A DNA stretch of 64,000 bases from Candidatus Latescibacterota bacterium. Lineage in GTDB: Bacteria; Latescibacterota; UBA2968; GCA-2709665. The translations under genes were made by a program, and so were the position numbers. The notes beneath the pieces were generated by a model. The model was not told where the DNA came from. It saw nothing but the letters and a program-made list of their open reading frames with translations, and did no database searches. The stretch's first letter is position 1; the number at the start of each line of letters is the position of its first letter. Shown here in pieces: positions 59,941 through 64,000 of this stretch. The stretch lies in contig CBDCOX010000002.1 in NCBI GenBank assembly GCA_965219995.1, positions 3,904,001 through 3,968,000 of the forward strand, read 5' to 3'.

Positions 59941-62900
59941 ATGAAGAAGTGTGTTTTGTTTCTCGGATTTCTTTCCCTCTGCACGGCACTGGCGTTAAGT
60001 GGCAGCGCCTGGGCGGGCACGACCGGAAAGATTGTTGGAAAGGTCCTGGACCAGAATGGCGAAGCGCTGCCCGGCGCCAACGTGGTCATCGAGGGACAGA
60101 ATCTCGGGTCCACGGCCGACGCGGAAGGGTTCTACGTGATCCTGCGCGCCGACCCGGGGCTGTATACGCTCAAGGCCTCGCTGATCGGCTATCAGACCGA
60201 GTCGCTGACGGACGTGCGGGTGCAGGCCGACGTGACCACAGAGGTCGATTTCAGACTCGAAGAGGCAACGCTTGAACTCGGTGAGATGGTTGTCAAGGCG
60301 GAGCGTCCTCCGGTGGAAGTGGACAAGACCTTCAGCAAGTACATCGTGGGCGCCGATGAGATCGAGCAGCTTCCCATCGTGCGCACCACCAGCGAAATGA
60401 TTACGCTGCAGCCGGGCGTGCACCTCGACGGTTCCGACCGCATGCGGGGAAGCAACCGGCCCGGAGAATGGCGAAGCCGCACGGGCGGAGACGTGGCCTA
60501 TTACGTGGACGGCGTGAAAATCGTGAACAGCGACGGCGCCGGGTCCCACAACTGGAAGGCCATCAACCGGTCGACCGTCCAGGAAATTTCCGTGGTTACG
60601 GGCGGGATGAACGCCGAGTACGGCAATGCCCAGGCTGGCGTCGTCAGCATTATCACGAAAGACGGGAGCCAGAACTTCCACGGATGGGCGGAGTACCGGC
60701 GGACGCCGCCGGGGCAGAAGCACTGGGGCGCGAACATCTACGAAAGCCCCATGCACCTCGACAAGATGAAGTGGGGCGAGGGCGAGTGGCAGAACGAGCG
60801 GGACCCGGATACGGGTCGACTCGTCCACCAGCGCGCGGACTACGACGAAATCACCGGCCACGAGGTGGAGGGGAATATCTCGGGGCCGCTTTCCAAGAGC
60901 GCTTCGTTCATCGTTTCGGGCAAGACGGCGCGGAAGGCGCCCGTCTATCCCTCGGGGACGGAGAGGGGCTACTATGACGACATCGGGCGGTTCGTTCCCT
61001 CTTTGAACAATTACCAGGGATCATACAGCGTCACGGTCCGCGCGTCCGAAAACGTAAAGATGAAGATCGGCGGGTTGTTCGAGTACAACAAGAAGTTTAT
61101 CGGAACGGACCGGGATTCCTGGCGGAACGAACGGTCCGCGGGTACGTCCAGCGGCGTCATCCGCGGTCTGCACGACAGCGGGAAGAACATCTTCCTGCCG
61201 GAGGACTGGAGCGCGGCGGGCAAGATGAGCACGAACCACAATATGCAATACCTGGCCATCACCCATTCTCTCTCGCCCAGGACGTTCTACGACCTCCGGA
61301 TTTCGCGCTATTCAACCGTCGACGACACCAGCGACATCGCGGCGAGAACGTCGGACGTGCGTACGGATGCGGACGGATGGTTCGCCGTGGACCGGGAGGT
61401 CCGCCATTACCAGGTTGCGGACCGGAAGCGGTACCAGGTGAAGCTGGATCTGGCCAGTCAGATCACGAAGGGGCATTTCGTGAAGGCCGGCTTCGAGTTC
61501 ATCAAGTACAGCATGTTTCTTACCCGCTACACCGGTGAGAGCGCACAGGCCAGGCGGCTGGAGTTCGCCGGCGCGCAGGGCGTGATCGGAGACCCTGTCA
61601 AGCCCCAGCACCTTGCCATCTACGCGCAGGACAAGATGGAGTTCGAAGGCATGGTCATCAATGCCGGCCTTCGCCTGGACCTGTTCGATCCGGTCTCCAA
61701 ATTCCCGGCTTCGGGCGCTTATGCATTCTCGCCCATGTACAACTCGCCGCTGCGGTTCCAGAATGCGCCCCACCGCGAACCGGTGGTGTTCAAGAACCTG
61801 AGCCCGCGGGTCGGGGTGTCGCATCCGATCACGGCGCGGTCGTCCATGCACTATTTCGCGGGTCTGTTCCTGGCCTATCCCGACATCTATTACCTGTTCA
61901 ACGGGGACTGGCGGACATCGGGTCCCGACCAGGACTGGAACGGGAACGGCGCGATCGACCCGGGTGAGCGCTACAACGCCATGCGCCCCTCCTACCCCAT
62001 TCGCAGCGGACAGGGCACCACCGAAATCCGGCCCGAAAAGACCGTGTCGATGGAGGTGGGGGCGGACTGGAACTTCGTGCAGGACTACACCGGCGCGATC
62101 GCGGTGTATTACAAAAGCGCGAAGGACCAGTACCATTACCATTCCGACGTGCGCTTTTACGCGCCGCACCGGCCGGGATGGGTGCATCCCTACGCACGGA
62201 TCCTGCACAACAACGGTTTCGAAGAGCAGCGGGGTCTGGAATTCTCCCTGCGGAAGCCGCTCAGCCACAACTTCGCCATCAACCTGGCGTACAACATGAC
62301 TTGGGCCCAGGCCGGATGGGGCAACTTCGACGCCTGGTTCAACTTCCTCTATCCTGATTCCATGTACATTGCCAGCGGGCGGTACTGGTACGAATACAGA
62401 GTGGAGAACGGCGTTGAGGTGCCGGTGCCCCTCACGGTGGAACAGATCCGCGAGATCGGGCACACCGCCAACAACGCGATCAAGAGCATCGCCCGGCGGG
62501 ACGGCAATCCGGGAGGCCGGGGATACGAGCAGACCCGGATGACGGCCCGGGAGTATGGGCTCATCGGTCTGGACGACTTCGAACTGGACCACATCCACGT
62601 ATGGGCCAGGGGGTATCAGACCGGCCTGAACGCCGACGGCGGCAACATCCGCAACCAGGGCAGCGTCCAGTTCCTCTACCTCACGCCGGGGGACTACGGA
62701 CCCGATTTCAAGGTGTTTGGAAGCAAGTTCCTTGCCAACTGGCGGGTCAACATTCTGTGGCGTATGCAGAATACGGGTTCGTTCTGGTACACGCCGCCGA
62801 ATTCCGGCCGCGAACGGCGGCTGCGTCCGATCCGCACCTGGACGGACTTCGCCATCGAGAAGCGTTTTCCGTTCGGTCTCGGGCGCGGCGACGTCAGCCT

Positions 62901-63090
62901 CTTCCTGGAGGTGCGGAACCTCTTCAACCAGAAGGACGACAGTTCATTCAATACAACCGACTGGACCAACTGGGGCCTGCATACGGCCCGCCCGGACAAC
63001 TCTCACTTCCTCCTGTACGGGGATACGGCCGACCGGAGTTTCTACAACCATCCCCGGCGCACGGAAATGGGTCTGAGAGTACAATTCTGA
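59941..63090 (+). CDS. TonB-dependent receptor with N-terminal carboxypeptidase-like domain
   Basis: Signal peptide, GTTGKI.G.V.D..GEALPGANV, plug YYVDG / GG.NAEYG.A..GVV.I.TK, LSPR.G.S.P, terminal Phe. Confidence 0.93.
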   Translation: MKKCVLFLGFLSLCTALALSGSAWAGTTGKIVGKVLDQNGEALPGANVVIEGQNLGSTADAEGFYVILRADPGLYTLKASLIGYQTESLTDVRVQADVTTEVDFRLEEATLELGEMVVKAERPPVEVDKTFSKYIVGADEIEQLPIVRTTSEMITLQPGVHLDGSDRMRGSNRPGEWRSRTGGDVAYYVDGVKIVNSDGAGSHNWKAINRSTVQEISVVTGGMNAEYGNAQAGVVSIITKDGSQNFHGWAEYRRTPPGQKHWGANIYESPMHLDKMKWGEGEWQNERDPDTGRLVHQRADYDEITGHEVEGNISGPLSKSASFIVSGKTARKAPVYPSGTERGYYDDIGRFVPSLNNYQGSYSVTVRASENVKMKIGGLFEYNKKFIGTDRDSWRNERSAGTSSGVIRGLHDSGKNIFLPEDWSAAGKMSTNHNMQYLAITHSLSPRTFYDLRISRYSTVDDTSDIAARTSDVRTDADGWFAVDREVRHYQVADRKRYQVKLDLASQITKGHFVKAGFEFIKYSMFLTRYTGESAQARRLEFAGAQGVIGDPVKPQHLAIYAQDKMEFEGMVINAGLRLDLFDPVSKFPASGAYAFSPMYNSPLRFQNAPHREPVVFKNLSPRVGVSHPITARSSMHYFAGLFLAYPDIYYLFNGDWRTSGPDQDWNGNGAIDPGERYNAMRPSYPIRSGQGTTEIRPEKTVSMEVGADWNFVQDYTGAIAVYYKSAKDQYHYHSDVRFYAPHRPGWVHPYARILHNNGFEEQRGLEFSLRKPLSHNFAINLAYNMTWAQAGWGNFDAWFNFLYPDSMYIASGRYWYEYRVENGVEVPVPLTVEQIREIGHTANNAIKSIARRDGNPGGRGYEQTRMTAREYGLIGLDDFELDHIHVWARGYQTGLNADGGNIRNQGSVQFLYLTPGDYGPDFKVFGSKFLANWRVNILWRMQNTGSFWYTPPNSGRERRLRPIRTWTDFAIEKRFPFGLGRGDVSLFLEVRNLFNQKDDSSFNTTDWTNWGLHTARPDNSHFLLYGDTADRSFYNHPRRTEMGLRVQF

Positions 63091-63120
63091 TCCATTCCGG
63101 CATCCACACGTCATGAATAC

Positions 63121-63150
63121 GCGGGGCCCCGGGGTTGCCGGGGCTCCCGC
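63121..63150 (+). other. Intercistronic GC-rich hairpin without U-tract
   Basis: GCGGG-GCCCCGG-GGTTG-CCGGGGC-T-CCCGC. Confidence 0.5.
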
Positions 63151-63198
63151 TGACATGCGATCATTTGTCAAGGACCTAACAACGCTAAGGAGGATACG

Positions 63199-64000
63199 AT
63201 GCGTTCGAACCGTTTGAACACCGTCCTGAAAGGGTGCGGTGGATGGGCGTTCGCAGCAGTCCTGGCGATCTGCTGGTCCGGAGAGGTCCGGGGCCAGGCG
63301 AATCACCCGGGGTCCGCAGGCAGGGGCGCCCTGGAACGCGGAATGTTGTATACGTCCGTGACCAATCTGGGCACGCAGGGAGGCTCCATCGGGGCGGCGC
63401 TCTCGCGGTCTTCCAGTATGGTCTACCCCGCGACGGTGGGCGGGGACATCATAACGGGCCAGGGTTGGGCGAGCCAGTTGCCCTTCTTCCGCGTGGACTG
63501 CAACAGCGAAGGGCGAATCGAGGCCACGTCGCACGGGGAGGGCATCGGCCTGGCGTTGCGCCTTCCGTCCAGTTTCCAGGGCTCCAGAGCCTACGACAAT
63601 TTCTCCAAGAACGGATTCTACGTGGTATTGACCGGTCCGCGGTCGGACATGCTGGACGAGATCGTCCCCATGGTGGGAGACCCCGCCATGGATGAGGACC
63701 TGCAGTACCTGGGCGGGGAAATCAGGGCGCAGCCCTCCTCCGCCGAGGATCCCGGCAAGGAATGGCGTAAAGGCGCGCCGTGGTACTACGCGCCCACGTG
63801 GAGCGAGAACCTGGCGCAGATTCTGGAGAATGCGCCGCTGAACAGGGCGCCCGTGAGGATCAGCAACTGGGCATGGGGGGAATACGCGACGCCGGGGCCA
63901 CCCGCCGCACCGTCTTCCCGTTCCGACGAATGGCCCGAAGAGATCATCGTGACCAAGTGGACCACGCTGGCGGGAGTAACCTTTACACGGCGCACGATGG
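63199..64000 (+). CDS. Large secreted hypothetical protein, 5' part (runs off window)
   Basis: AAGGAGG RBS; MRSNRLNTVLKGCGGWAFAAVLAICWSGEVRG-Q signal peptide; open to the window end (..WPEEIIVTKWTTLAGVTFTRRTM). Confidence 0.85.
   Translation, partial: MRSNRLNTVLKGCGGWAFAAVLAICWSGEVRGQANHPGSAGRGALERGMLYTSVTNLGTQGGSIGAALSRSSSMVYPATVGGDIITGQGWASQLPFFRVDCNSEGRIEATSHGEGIGLALRLPSSFQGSRAYDNFSKNGFYVVLTGPRSDMLDEIVPMVGDPAMDEDLQYLGGEIRAQPSSAEDPGKEWRKGAPWYYAPTWSENLAQILENAPLNRAPVRISNWAWGEYATPGPPAAPSSRSDEWPEEIIVTKWTTLAGVTFTRRTM

Overview
High-GC bacterial chromosomal window with no rRNA, tRNA, CRISPR array or intact transposase that I can see. The gene content includes many Gfo/Idh/MocA, PhyH, amidohydrolase, CocE, DUF1080 and ankyrin genes, a solo FtsX-type permease, and a SusD-less TonB locus. 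This resembles Latescibacterota/Gemmatimonadota-type FCB lineages, such as sponge symbionts; that assignment is inference only. The window has three blocks. (1) 1-11.5 kb, + strand: metabolic genes, including nadE, a serine hydrolase, an IMP-cyclohydrolase-like gene and a SAF oxidoreductase. (2) 11.5-58.4 kb: about 44 consecutive - strand genes. Its 13-32 kb part is a decaying accessory zone with rtcB plus a phage-type gene, three toxin-less antitoxins, several pseudogenes and nested REP/MITE-like repeats. It is followed by a hybrid histidine kinase whose partner response regulator is fused to an intact glutamate dehydrogenase, and then a long hydrolase/acetyltransferase cluster. (3) 59.1-64 kb, + strand: an outer-membrane barrel, a TonB-dependent receptor and a large secreted protein. 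The best novelty candidates are the phosphorelay ending on a REC-GDH enzyme, a promoter-defined ~135-nt structured leader that can sequester the SD of an ankyrin gene, the SusD-less TonB/heparinase locus, and the 7-mer/9-mer periodic repeat elements.
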